From assembly GCA_017938215.1 (NCBI GenBank), contig JAGBBZ010000034.1, positions 35,207 to 99,206 on the forward strand: a DNA stretch of 64,000 bases. The letters are read 5' to 3'. The notes under the pieces are model-generated. The model was not told the origin of the DNA, searched no databases, and saw only the letters and a program-made list of their open reading frames with translations. A program made the translations under genes and the position numbers. Source of the stretch: Eubacterium sp. GTDB lineage: Bacteria; Bacillota; Clostridia; Lachnospirales; Lachnospiraceae. Below are positions 11,041 through 21,995 of the stretch, piece after piece; position 1 is the first letter of the stretch, and each line of letters opens with the position of its first letter.

Positions 11041-11826
11041 ATGAAAGCAGTTTTACTGGCAGGAGGATTCGGAACGAGAATCAGTGAAGAAAGTTATTTG
11101 AAGCCAAAACCAATGGTAGAGATTGGAGAAAAACCAATTTTGTGGCATATTATGAAATTGTATTCTCACTATGGAATCCGTGAGTTTGTGATTTGTGCCG
11201 GCTACAAGCAGCACGTGATCAAAGAATGGTTTGCGGATTATTATCTCCATAATAGCGACATCACTTTTGACTATACAGAGGGCGGTGAGATGACCGTTCA
11301 CAATAACATTGCCGAGCCATGGAAGGTGACAATTGTAGATACTGGATTAAATACCATGACCGGTGGACGTGTGAAGAGAATTAAGAAATACATTGGCGAT
11401 GAGCCATTTTTGCTTACTTATGGTGACGGAGTTAGTGATATTAATATTACAGAATTGATTAAATTTCATCAAAATCACCAAAAAATTGCCACAATGAGCT
11501 CGTATAATGTAGGGCAGCAGTTTGGTGTATTAGATGTAGAAGAAAATGGGCTAGTTACCGCATTCCGCGAAAAATCCAATGTGGATGGTGGCTTGATCAA
11601 CATCGGTTATATGGTGTTGCAGCCAGAGATTTTTGACTACATTGATGGCGATGATACTGTATTTGAGAAAAAACCATTGGAGCGTCTGGCAGCAGAGGGG
11701 CAGTTGGTGTCTTATAAGCATGACGGTTTCTGGAAATGTATGGATACCCAGCGTGATAAGATGAAACTGGAAGAAATGTTGGCTGCGGGAAATGCTCCTT
11801 GGAAAGTATGGGAGGATAACGCATGA
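11041..11826 (+). CDS. rfbF: Glucose-1-phosphate cytidylyltransferase
   Basis: MKAVLLAGGFGTRISEES..KPKPMVEIG, TMTGGR, TYGDG, FWKCMDT; AGGAGG RBS before 11041. Confidence 0.95.
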   Translation: MKAVLLAGGFGTRISEESYLKPKPMVEIGEKPILWHIMKLYSHYGIREFVICAGYKQHVIKEWFADYYLHNSDITFDYTEGGEMTVHNNIAEPWKVTIVDTGLNTMTGGRVKRIKKYIGDEPFLLTYGDGVSDINITELIKFHQNHQKIATMSSYNVGQQFGVLDVEENGLVTAFREKSNVDGGLINIGYMVLQPEIFDYIDGDDTVFEKKPLERLAAEGQLVSYKHDGFWKCMDTQRDKMKLEEMLAAGNAPWKVWEDNA

Positions 11827-12875
11827 TGGATTTGACATTTTTTAATGGGAAAAAGGTTTTGATAACCGGACATACCGGTTTTAAAGGTACATGGATGTGT
11901 CGTGCTCTTGTAAATGCGGGGGCAGAAGTGACCGGATATTCTTTAGAGGCACCGACAAATCCGAATTTGTTTGGCATGGCGGAAGTGGAAGATAAAATGA
12001 ACTCCGTGATTGGAGACATTCGCGATATGGACAAGCTGGCAAAGGTTTTTGCGGAGACGCAGCCGGAAATCGTGATTCATTTGGCTGCGCAGCCGATTGT
12101 ACGGGATTCTTACAAGGATCCAGTGTATACCTATGAGACAAATGTAATGGGTACCGTAAATATTTGTGAGTGCGTGCGTCAAAACGAGTGTGTAAAGAGC
12201 TTTTTGAATGTAACGACAGATAAAGTATATGAGAATAAAGAATGGGAATGGGGATACCGCGAGAATGAGCCGTTGGATGGCTATGATCCATATTCTAATA
12301 GTAAATCCTGTTCCGAGTTGGTAACCCACAGTTACAAAAATTCTTTCTTCAACGATGGACGCGTAGCAGTGTCTACCGCGCGTGCCGGAAACGTAATCGG
12401 TGGTGGGGATTTTGCCAACGACCGTATTATTCCGGATTGTGTTCGAGCAGCGGAAGCCAAGAAGGATATCATTATTCGTAATCCATTTTCCACAAGACCA
12501 TATCAGCACGTGTTGGAGCCGGTGATTGCGTACCTTATGATCGTAAAAGAGCAGTATGAGAATCCGGATCTTCAGGGATACTATAACGTAGGCCCGGATG
12601 AGACGGATTGCGTAACGACTGGAGATTTGGTAGATATGTTTGTGGAGAAATTTGGCGAAGGAATGAAGTGGATCAACCAGTACGATGGTGGTCCTCATGA
12701 GGCAAATTTCTTGAAATTGGATTGTTCAAAGTTGAAAACAACCTTTGGATGGAAACCAACATGGTCCGTATCCGATGCGCTGGATAAGACTGTTGAGTGG
12801 ACAAAGGCATATTTTGCCGGAGAAAATGTAGCACAGGTGATGGATCGTCAGATTCAGGAGTTTATGAATAAATAA
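11823..12875 (+). CDS. rfbG: CDP-glucose 4,6-dehydratase
   Basis: TGHTGFKG, HLAAQPIV, TTDKVY, DPYSNSK, RAGNVIGGGD, RPYQHVLEP, PHEA. Confidence 0.95.
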   Translation: MMDLTFFNGKKVLITGHTGFKGTWMCRALVNAGAEVTGYSLEAPTNPNLFGMAEVEDKMNSVIGDIRDMDKLAKVFAETQPEIVIHLAAQPIVRDSYKDPVYTYETNVMGTVNICECVRQNECVKSFLNVTTDKVYENKEWEWGYRENEPLDGYDPYSNSKSCSELVTHSYKNSFFNDGRVAVSTARAGNVIGGGDFANDRIIPDCVRAAEAKKDIIIRNPFSTRPYQHVLEPVIAYLMIVKEQYENPDLQGYYNVGPDETDCVTTGDLVDMFVEKFGEGMKWINQYDGGPHEANFLKLDCSKLKTTFGWKPTWSVSDALDKTVEWTKAYFAGENVAQVMDRQIQEFMNK

Positions 12876-12899
12876 TTCACAAGAAAGGAAATCAAAATT

Positions 12900-14243
12900 A
12901 TGTTTGAAAATTGTAATGAGCAGCAGGCTAGAGAAAATATCCTTGAGATGGTAAAGGAATATCATGATAAATATCACAACCAGGAGAAACCATTTAAAGA
13001 GGGAGACCGCATTCCTTACGCATCCCGTTATTATGGTTCCGAGGAAATGGTGAACTTGGTTGATAGTTCTTTGGAGTTCTGGCTGACTTCCGGACGTTAT
13101 ACCGATCAGTTCGAGAAAGAATTTGCAGAGTATTTGGGAACAAAACATTGTTCTCTTGTAAACTCTGGTTCTTCTGCGAACCTTCTTGCGTTTATGGCAC
13201 TGACTTCTCCACTTATGGGTGACAGAAGAATCATGCCTGGTGATGAGGTGATCACAGTAGCAGCAGGATTCCCTACAACCATTGCGCCAATTATTCAGTA
13301 TGGTGCAGTTCCTGTATTTGTAGATATGACAATTCCACAGTACAATATGGATGCTTCTCAGTTGGAGGACGCTCTTTCCGATAAGACAAAGGCAATTATG
13401 ATTGCTCATACTCTTGGTAACCCTTGGGATCTTGGTGCCATCAAAGAGTTCTGTGACAAGCATAATCTTTGGTTGATCGAGGATAACTGTGACGCATTGG
13501 GAAGTAAATATACCATCAATGGCGAGGAGAAATTCACAGGTACCATCGGTGATGTTGGAACATCCAGTTTCTATCCACCACACCACATGACAATGGGAGA
13601 GGGTGGAGCTGTGTACACAGACAACGCATTGATTCACAAAGCGGTTCGTTCTTTGAGAGATTGGGGAAGAGACTGCGTATGTCCATCTGGATGCGACAAC
13701 TTGTGCGGACATCGTTTCGACAAGCAGTATGGTGAACTTCCACTTGGATATGACCACAAATATGTATATTCACACTTCGGATACAACTTGAAAGCCACAG
13801 ATATGCAGGCTGCTGTAGGTTGTGCACAGTTGGCGAAGTTCCCAACATTTGTAGAGAAGAGAAGATACAACTTTGATCGTCTTCGCGCAGCTTTGGAGGA
13901 AGTAGAAGATAAGCTTATTCTTCCAGAAGCATGTCCAAACTCTAAGCCTAGCTGGTTTGGGTTCTTGCTTACATGTCGCGAAGGTGTAGATAAAAACAAA
14001 TTGGTTCAGTATATCGAGGATCATGGTGTGCAGACTCGTATGCTCTTTGCTGGAAATATTGTAAAACAGCCATGTTTTGACGAGTTCCGTGCAGCAGGAA
14101 AAGGATATCGTGTTGTGGGAGATTTGGCTGTAACCGATCGTATCATGAACGATACATTCTGGCTTGGTGTATATCCAGGTATGACGGACGAGAAGATTGA
14201 TTATATGGCGAAAGTAATTAAAGAAGGTTTGAAGCAGCAGTAA
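12900..14243 (+). CDS. rfbH: CDP-4-keto-6-deoxy-D-glucose 3-dehydrase (E1, DdhC/RfbH)
   Basis: NSGSSANL; SFYPPHHMTMGEGG with His in place of the Schiff-base Lys; Fe-S ligand cluster GRDCVC...DNLC; YDHKYVYSH. Confidence 0.93.
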   Translation: MFENCNEQQARENILEMVKEYHDKYHNQEKPFKEGDRIPYASRYYGSEEMVNLVDSSLEFWLTSGRYTDQFEKEFAEYLGTKHCSLVNSGSSANLLAFMALTSPLMGDRRIMPGDEVITVAAGFPTTIAPIIQYGAVPVFVDMTIPQYNMDASQLEDALSDKTKAIMIAHTLGNPWDLGAIKEFCDKHNLWLIEDNCDALGSKYTINGEEKFTGTIGDVGTSSFYPPHHMTMGEGGAVYTDNALIHKAVRSLRDWGRDCVCPSGCDNLCGHRFDKQYGELPLGYDHKYVYSHFGYNLKATDMQAAVGCAQLAKFPTFVEKRRYNFDRLRAALEEVEDKLILPEACPNSKPSWFGFLLTCREGVDKNKLVQYIEDHGVQTRMLFAGNIVKQPCFDEFRAAGKGYRVVGDLAVTDRIMNDTFWLGVYPGMTDEKIDYMAKVIKEGLKQQ

Positions 14244-14270
14244 GCCGCTGGCCGAAAATGGAGAGATAAA

Positions 14271-15224
14271 ATGAAGAAGTTAATCAGTATACTTGTACCA
14301 ACGTACAATGAAGAAGAAAATGTAGTGCCTTTGAGTGAGGCGATTATCCAGGAGATGACCACAAGTTTACCACAGTATGACTACGAAATCGTGTTTATCG
14401 ACAACGATTCTAGTGACAATACAAGACCGTTGCTTCGTGAGTTGTGTAAGAATAATCCGAAGATTCGTGCGGTGTTTAACGCGAAGAACTTTGGTCAGTT
14501 CAATTCTCCATACTATGGTCTCCTTCAGACCAATGGAGATTGTACTATCCTTATGTGCGCAGATTTTCAGGATCCAATCAATATGATTCCGAAATTTGTG
14601 CATGAATGGGAGCAGGGGCATAAGATTGTAATTGGCATCAAGTCAAAAAGCAAAGAAAATAAGCTGATGTACTTCTTGCGTAGTTGTTATTATAAATTGA
14701 TTAAGAAAATGTCCAGCGTGGAGCAGATTGAGCACTTTACGGGATTCGGTCTCTATGATAGTGAGTTTATTGATGTGCTTCGCGAACTGGATGACCCGAC
14801 TCCGTTTTTGCGTGGTATCGTGGCGGAGCTTGGATACAAAAGAAAAGATATTGAGTATCAGCAGGAGAAACGTCGTGCCGGAAAAACGCATAACAATTGG
14901 TACAGTTTGTACGATGCGGCGATGCTTAGCTTTACTTCGTATACGAAAGTAGGAATGCGAATCGCGACAATTATGGGATTTGTGTTGTCTGGGTTAAGTA
15001 TTGTTGTGGCGTTGGTATACTTAATCATGAAATTGGTTTTTTGGGATCGTTTTGTGGCAGGTATGACACCGATTTTGTTAGGTATTTTTGTGTTTGGTTC
15101 CATCCAGTTGTTCTTTATCGGACTTTTGGGAGAATATATTATGAACATTAACTCTCGTGTCACACGTCGTCCGCTTGTTATCGAGCAGGAAAGACTGAAT
15201 TTTGAAGATAAGGAGAATGACTAA
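14271..15224 (+). CDS. GT2 GtrB-type polyprenol-phosphate glycosyltransferase
   Basis: LVPTYNEEEN, IDNDSSD, ADFQDP, FLRGIV, two C-terminal TM helices ending GLLGEYI...RPLVI. Confidence 0.88.
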   Translation: MKKLISILVPTYNEEENVVPLSEAIIQEMTTSLPQYDYEIVFIDNDSSDNTRPLLRELCKNNPKIRAVFNAKNFGQFNSPYYGLLQTNGDCTILMCADFQDPINMIPKFVHEWEQGHKIVIGIKSKSKENKLMYFLRSCYYKLIKKMSSVEQIEHFTGFGLYDSEFIDVLRELDDPTPFLRGIVAELGYKRKDIEYQQEKRRAGKTHNNWYSLYDAAMLSFTSYTKVGMRIATIMGFVLSGLSIVVALVYLIMKLVFWDRFVAGMTPILLGIFVFGSIQLFFIGLLGEYIMNINSRVTRRPLVIEQERLNFEDKEND

Positions 15225-17401
15225 TGGAAAAGAAAATTGCCGATACAAGATTGCGATGGTATTTTTTAATCGGAGCGGCAGTAGGTGTGGTGTTGTTTGT
15301 TGTTATTTATGGTTTTCGTGTCTTGAATGTGACCTATGATGAGTGGTTATTGACCGGAAAAGATTTGCAGCAGCATTACTTGGGATGGAAATTCTTTCGC
15401 CGTTCACCGTGGAGTTTTCCAGTGGGAATGCATGATTCCTTTACTAGTCCGGATTCCATTAGTGTGTTGTACACGGACTCCATTCCGTTATTTGCATTGT
15501 TTTTTAAATTGATTTCTCCGATTTTGCCGGAGACCTTCCAGTATTTTGGATTATTTGGACTTATGTGCTATATCTTGAATGGCGGATTTGCTTCTATGTT
15601 AGTGGCACGTTTCAATAAGAGTAAGTTGATATGTGGAATGAGCAGTGTGTTCTTTATTATTTCAACGCCTGTTCTTCAGAGACTTTTCGGTGTACTTTCC
15701 GAAAACTCCAGACATACTTCATTGGCTGCGCACTTCTTGATCTTGGGAGCATTGGGAATCTGGATGTATCGGGATCATTTTAAAAGTTATAAGAAAGATG
15801 CCCTTGCGTGGGCGATTTTAGCAGCGCTTTGTGTGCTGATCCAGATGTATATTATTTTCATGGTGGGCGGTATCATGTGTGGATACTTGCTCCAGCATGT
15901 ATTAGAAAAACGCGATTGGAAGAGAGTTATCGTTGATTTTGCAAGCTTTGTAGGAAGCTTTGGTTTCTTCTTCTTAACAGTAGGAGGAGTGACATCCATC
16001 CTTTCTTCCGGTGGTTCGGGATTTGGATTTTTCTCGGCAAATGTTAACACCTTCATCAATCCATGGAGATATTCTACATTTTTTGGAAAGATGAAAACCC
16101 AGGAACTTCAGTATGAAGGTTTTGCGTATCTGGGACTTGGAATGCTGGTTATGTGTGCCATTGCCCTTACGTGTATTATTGTGAAAATGGTTCGCCTGAA
16201 AAAACAAAAACATTTGTGGTTGGCGATTCGAAATAAAGTAATGGCAAAACGCCCAATTGTTATTTCTTTGGGAATTGTCGTTTATGTGTTTACTATATTG
16301 GCATGGTCAAACTTGATTTATATTAATGAAAATATATTTATCGAGGTGCATTGGCCGGAGTTTTTGGAGGACTTGTTGGCGATCATTCGTTCTTCCGGAC
16401 GATTTATCTGGTGTGTGATGTACATGATCATGTTGGGCGCAATCTTTATTGTGACGAAAAGCTTTAAGAGACGTTGGCAGTTTATTATCATTGGTTTGTG
16501 TATGTGCCTTCAGTTGGCAGATTTCCATGTGCCGATCAATCGATTGCAGGCGTTGTATAAAAAGCAGCCAGCGGTTAAGGAGGAAGCTTTGGTAGAAAGC
16601 GACTTCTGGACAACGAAGCTGGGAGATTTTGATAAGATTGTGTATTATCCTTCGGACAGTTACGATGCGACACAGATGCTTCAAATCGGAGCAAAAGTGG
16701 CTGAGTTTGATCATATTAAGATGAGTAATTTCTATTTGTCCCGTTATATGACCAAAGAGGCGAAGAAGGAACGAGATAAAAAGACAAAAGAGTTGTTTGA
16801 AACCGGAAATTTGGATGAGAACACATTGTATCTTTTGGATTATGCGAAAGCACATGTGTACAAAGATAAGTGTCACATGTATTTTGTAGACAATAAGATT
16901 ATTGCAGTAAAGAATCCGATTAAAGGATTGGATCCGTATGTGGATTTCATGGTGGGATCCGAAAATCAAGTTGTAGAAATCGGACTTGCATATAAGGATC
17001 TTGGAAAGTCATTCTTGCATACCGGTTGGCACAACCAGCAGTATAAAGATATTGGTGCGTGGACCACAAGTAAGAGTCAGCTTCGAATTTATTCGGAAGA
17101 TGCGAAGAGAGCGAAGATTACCATTGAGTATGATGCGCGAAAGAACAAGAAGGGACTCACTGTGGTGAAGATGAACAATATCGAAATCGGTAGAATTCAG
17201 AATGACACATCCGGTACCGTAACATTTGAGTCGGATATGAGAATATGTGAAGATATCAAAAAGGCAAGATATATCAACTGGTTATCCTTTGAGTGTAATG
17301 CGGTAAAAGAGCCGAAAAAGGCTGGCGAGAGTGCAGGGAAAGGACTTCGGATCAAGAAAGTCACTGTGACTTATATGCCGGATGATAAGGAAGAACAGTA
17401 A
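15224..17401 (+). CDS. DUF6311-family membrane protein, putative GT-C glycosyltransferase
   Basis: DLQQHYLGWKFFR..PW.FP, YTDSIPLFA, FQYFG, YEGFAYLGLG, RSSGRFIW; many TM segments plus a C-terminal soluble domain. Confidence 0.75.
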   Translation: MEKKIADTRLRWYFLIGAAVGVVLFVVIYGFRVLNVTYDEWLLTGKDLQQHYLGWKFFRRSPWSFPVGMHDSFTSPDSISVLYTDSIPLFALFFKLISPILPETFQYFGLFGLMCYILNGGFASMLVARFNKSKLICGMSSVFFIISTPVLQRLFGVLSENSRHTSLAAHFLILGALGIWMYRDHFKSYKKDALAWAILAALCVLIQMYIIFMVGGIMCGYLLQHVLEKRDWKRVIVDFASFVGSFGFFFLTVGGVTSILSSGGSGFGFFSANVNTFINPWRYSTFFGKMKTQELQYEGFAYLGLGMLVMCAIALTCIIVKMVRLKKQKHLWLAIRNKVMAKRPIVISLGIVVYVFTILAWSNLIYINENIFIEVHWPEFLEDLLAIIRSSGRFIWCVMYMIMLGAIFIVTKSFKRRWQFIIIGLCMCLQLADFHVPINRLQALYKKQPAVKEEALVESDFWTTKLGDFDKIVYYPSDSYDATQMLQIGAKVAEFDHIKMSNFYLSRYMTKEAKKERDKKTKELFETGNLDENTLYLLDYAKAHVYKDKCHMYFVDNKIIAVKNPIKGLDPYVDFMVGSENQVVEIGLAYKDLGKSFLHTGWHNQQYKDIGAWTTSKSQLRIYSEDAKRAKITIEYDARKNKKGLTVVKMNNIEIGRIQNDTSGTVTFESDMRICEDIKKARYINWLSFECNAVKEPKKAGESAGKGLRIKKVTVTYMPDDKEEQ

Positions 17402-17420
17402 TTAGATTTGGAGGCAGAGG

Positions 17421-17966
17421 ATGAACGGATTAGGAGCACAGCTGTGGGGGATCATTGAGACCATCGTGCGTGGCATTTTTGGTGTAGCGTTTAAGATTTT
17501 CAAGATTGACTTCACAGAAGAACAGTGGGATGGTTTGTTGCAGTTTGTGAAATTTGGTTTGGTTGGTGTGTGGAATACGGTGTTTTCTTATTTGATTACA
17601 TTGGGATGCTTGGAGCTGTGTTTGCGCATGGGTATTCTCAGCCAGGAATTGCTTGGTACACCGGCTCGCGTGTTTGTGGCAAATGTCATTGCATGGATAA
17701 TCAGTGTCTTTGTTTCCTTCTTGTTGAATGATCACTTTGTGTTCAAGGTAGAAGAAGAACAAAAGAGAAGTTTTTGGAAGTCTTTATTGAAATGTTATGT
17801 GTCGTATGGATTTACAGGACTTTTTCTCAACAACGTTTTGGCGATGCTTTGGGTAGGTGTTTTGGGAGTCCCAGAGAAGATTGCGCCGTTGATTAGTTTA
17901 GTGGTCGCAATACCAATCAACTTCTTTATGAACAAGTTGTGGGCCTTCAAGACGGAGAAGAACTAA
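17421..17966 (+). CDS. GtrA family lipid-linked sugar flippase
   Basis: QFVKFGLVG, SFLLND.FVF, INFFMNKLWAF; four TM segments. Confidence 0.88.
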   Translation: MNGLGAQLWGIIETIVRGIFGVAFKIFKIDFTEEQWDGLLQFVKFGLVGVWNTVFSYLITLGCLELCLRMGILSQELLGTPARVFVANVIAWIISVFVSFLLNDHFVFKVEEEQKRSFWKSLLKCYVSYGFTGLFLNNVLAMLWVGVLGVPEKIAPLISLVVAIPINFFMNKLWAFKTEKN

Positions 17967-17973
17967 AAAATAC

Positions 17974-18002
17974 TTTTCAAACACGGTAACATATGGTAGA
18001 AT
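17974..18002 (+). promoter_or_regulatory. Putative sigmaA promoter for the GDP-sugar module
   Basis: TTTTCA-17 nt-TAGAAT with TG extended -10. Confidence 0.45.
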
Positions 18003-18047
18003 GTATAGTTGAGGTAGAGAATTATAACTAATTTTGGAGGAAACATC

Positions 18048-18758
18048 ATGGGAATTAGCGTAGTGTTGTTAGCATATAAAGAAGAAGAAAATTTGAGGGT
18101 TTTGTTGCCTCAAATCATCGATAATGTGAAGAAAACAGGAGAAGAGTACGAGATTCTTGTTATTGATACAGCAGAGCCTTTGGATAATACAAAAGGTGTT
18201 TGTGAAGAATATGGCGCACGTTATATCAATCAGGAGGAGCCGGCGTTTGCAGGTGCATTTAAGACTGGTATCAAGTATGCTGAGAAGGACAAGTTCTTGA
18301 TTTTGGATAGTGATGGTTCTCATAATCCAAAGTATATTCCTTCGATTTATGAGAAATTCACAAAGGAAAAATGTGACGTAGTAATCGGTTCTCGTTATGT
18401 AGAGGGCGGTAAGACGAACGATGCAAAAAGCTCCATTGTTATGTCTCACATTTTGAATGGTATGTTCCGTTTCTTCCTTGGCATTAAGGCGAAGGATATT
18501 TCTACAGATTATCGTATGTATGAGACGGTACAGTTGAAGCAAGTGACATTGACTTGTCACAACTATGATGTACTTCAGGAAGTACTTTTGATGCTTCGTT
18601 TGAATAAATCGGACAAGAAGTTGAAGATTGGCGAGGTGCCAATCGAGTTTGATAAACGAATTTATGGAGAGTCTAAGAGACAGTTGATTCCGTTTATTAT
18701 GAGTTATATTAAGACATTGTGTAAGCTTACGATTACACGTATCAAAGGAAAACGCTAG
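18048..18758 (+). CDS. GT2 DPM1/Ppm1-like polyprenol-phosphate glycosyltransferase
   Basis: LDSDGSH, VIGSRYVEGG, KDIST.YR, EVPIEF..R..GESK; no TM tail. Confidence 0.82.
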   Translation: MGISVVLLAYKEEENLRVLLPQIIDNVKKTGEEYEILVIDTAEPLDNTKGVCEEYGARYINQEEPAFAGAFKTGIKYAEKDKFLILDSDGSHNPKYIPSIYEKFTKEKCDVVIGSRYVEGGKTNDAKSSIVMSHILNGMFRFFLGIKAKDISTDYRMYETVQLKQVTLTCHNYDVLQEVLLMLRLNKSDKKLKIGEVPIEFDKRIYGESKRQLIPFIMSYIKTLCKLTITRIKGKR

Positions 18759-18773
18759 GAAGGTATCTGAGAT

Positions 18774-19736
18774 ATGTATCCAATGAAATTATCTTCGGTG
18801 TATAAGGACTATCTTTGGGGTGGTCATGAACTGGAGAGACTTTATGGAAAAATCGGTGATGGAAATTGTACCGCTGAGAGTTGGGAATTGTGTTGTCATC
18901 CAGATGGCGAAAGCGTCGTGAAAAATGGCAGATTTAAAGGGCAGCAGTTGCGCGATATATTGCGCCAGCATCCAGAGTTTGTATCACCTCGGCACAAGCC
19001 GGAGGACAAGTTTCCGATTCTGATTAAATTCATAGATGCAAAGCAGAATCTTTCGATTCAGGTGCACCCTTCGGATGATACAGCTCTTCCTGAGTTGGGA
19101 GAGGAAGGGAAAGCAGAGATGTGGTATGTGATATCTGCCACACCCCGAGCATTTTTGTATTATGGATTGAGTCAGGAGATTTCCAAAGAGGAGCTTCGTG
19201 CAAAAATGGAAGATGGTACAATCTGTGATGTGTTAAACAAAGTGCAGGTTCACGCAGGAGATGTGTTTTTTATCCATCCGGGAACGATACATGCCATTGG
19301 GAAAGGTACGGTGATTGCTGAGATTCAGCAAAATTCCAATACAACCTTTCGTGTGTATGATTATTTGCGGAAAGACAAGGATGGAAATTACCGGGAATTG
19401 CATGTGGAGCGTGCCATAGATGTGATTGACCGTACACCAATTGTTCCTTCCCAAGTGTTTGACAATAATGAGGTGACATTGAAGGGAGCTCGACTTCGAA
19501 GCTTGTTTGAGTGTCAGTACTTTAATGTAATGCGTGTACAGACCATGGGCGGACGTGTGAAATTCATGTGCGCCAAGGAAACGTTCCACTCTCTTCTTGT
19601 TGTGAAGGGGGATGGGTATTTGGAGTGTAAAGGAAATCGTTATGAATTCCGTGCCGGAGACAGTATCTTTATTCCGGCAGGATTCGGCGAGTATTATATA
19701 CATGGTAACAATGAAATACTAATGTCAAAGTTATAA
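18774..19736 (+). CDS. manA: Class I mannose-6-phosphate isomerase
   Basis: YLWGG, AESWE, LSIQVHP, KAEMWY, GTIHAIG, EIQQNSNTTFRVYDY. Confidence 0.93.
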   Translation: MYPMKLSSVYKDYLWGGHELERLYGKIGDGNCTAESWELCCHPDGESVVKNGRFKGQQLRDILRQHPEFVSPRHKPEDKFPILIKFIDAKQNLSIQVHPSDDTALPELGEEGKAEMWYVISATPRAFLYYGLSQEISKEELRAKMEDGTICDVLNKVQVHAGDVFFIHPGTIHAIGKGTVIAEIQQNSNTTFRVYDYLRKDKDGNYRELHVERAIDVIDRTPIVPSQVFDNNEVTLKGARLRSLFECQYFNVMRVQTMGGRVKFMCAKETFHSLLVVKGDGYLECKGNRYEFRAGDSIFIPAGFGEYYIHGNNEILMSKL

Positions 19737-19772
19737 CAGTGTGCGTGAAAGACGCACAGAAATGAGGGAAAA

Positions 19773-20843
19773 ATGAAAGTAACAGCAATGATTATGGCAG
19801 GTGGCCGTGGAGAAAGATTCTGGCCGAAAAGCCGTAAGAACTTACCAAAACAGTTTTTGAGTTTGACCGACGATGGAGTGACGATGATTCAGCATACGGT
19901 ACGCAGAATTCTTCCATTGGTGGATATGGAAGATATCTACATCGTTACCAATCGTGATTATAAAAAGCTTGCGATGGAGCAGCTTCCAGAGCTTCCAGAG
20001 GAGAATATTCTCTGTGAACCAGTGGGAAGAAATACGGCACCTTGTGTGGGATTGGCAGCAATGCATATCAATAAGAAATACGATGATGCATTGATGATCG
20101 TACTTCCTTCCGATCACTTGATCAAGTATAATTCGATGTTTGTAAACGTATTGAAGGATGCTTGCGAAGTGGCGGAGAAAGGTGATAATCTGACTACTAT
20201 CGGTATTACACCAAATTATCCGGAGACGGGATATGGTTATATTAAGTTTGATCCGGATCAGAGCGAAAGTCGTGCTTATGGAGTAGAGTGTTTTGTAGAA
20301 AAACCAGATTTAAACACAGCAAAGCAGTATTTGGCAGATGAGTCTTATCTCTGGAATAGTGGTATGTTTGTATGGAAGATTTCTACTATTTTGAAAAATA
20401 TGGAGAAATTTATGCCAGACACGTACGAGAGACTACTGACCATCAAAGAGGCAATCGGTACCGATGAGCAGGAAACGGTATTAGAGGCAGAATTTGAGAA
20501 GATGGATTCCGAGTCCATTGACTACGGTATCATGGAGAAAGCAGATAACATTTACGTTCTTCCGGGAACCTTTGGATGGGATGACGTTGGATCGTGGTTG
20601 GCAGTAGGACGAATTCGTTCTACCAATGAGTTTGGAAATACGGTTCAAGGAAATGTTATCACCGTAGAGACCAAGAACTCCATCATCGAAGGATCCGACA
20701 AGTTGATTGCAGCAGTTGGTTTGGAAGATATGATTGTTGTAGATACAGAGGACGCCCTTTTGATTTGTGACAAGAATCATGCGGGAGATATTAAAAAGGT
20801 ACTTGAGAATCTTAGAATTTGTAATAGAAATGAGTACATCTAA
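19773..20843 (+). CDS. manC: Mannose-1-phosphate guanylyltransferase
   Basis: IMAGGRGERFWP.SR..LPKQF, EP.GRNTAP, PSDH, ETGYGYI, FVEKP, WNSGMF, SIDYGIMEK, WDDVGSW. Confidence 0.95.
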   Translation: MKVTAMIMAGGRGERFWPKSRKNLPKQFLSLTDDGVTMIQHTVRRILPLVDMEDIYIVTNRDYKKLAMEQLPELPEENILCEPVGRNTAPCVGLAAMHINKKYDDALMIVLPSDHLIKYNSMFVNVLKDACEVAEKGDNLTTIGITPNYPETGYGYIKFDPDQSESRAYGVECFVEKPDLNTAKQYLADESYLWNSGMFVWKISTILKNMEKFMPDTYERLLTIKEAIGTDEQETVLEAEFEKMDSESIDYGIMEKADNIYVLPGTFGWDDVGSWLAVGRIRSTNEFGNTVQGNVITVETKNSIIEGSDKLIAAVGLEDMIVVDTEDALLICDKNHAGDIKKVLENLRICNRNEYI

Positions 20844-21914
<1,071 letters not shown>

Positions 21915-21931
21915 GAGAGTAATTCGATATT

Positions 21932-21973
21932 GATAAGTTACAGTCCTGACTTGTTTGGGACTGTATACTTGTC
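21932..21973 (+). other. Intergenic stem-loop between gmd and rmd
   Basis: GATAAGT-TACAGTCC / GGACTGTA-T-ACTTGTC inverted repeat without a directly adjacent U-tract. Confidence 0.55.
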
Positions 21974-21995
21974 TATATTGGTATTTTTGGAGGAA

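Noticed and set aside
12900-14243. RfbH as the missing AATGal aminotransferase (same DegT/DnrJ fold)
   Set aside because: The catalytic Lys is replaced by His and Fe-S cysteines are present, marking a C3 dehydrase; it also follows rfbFG
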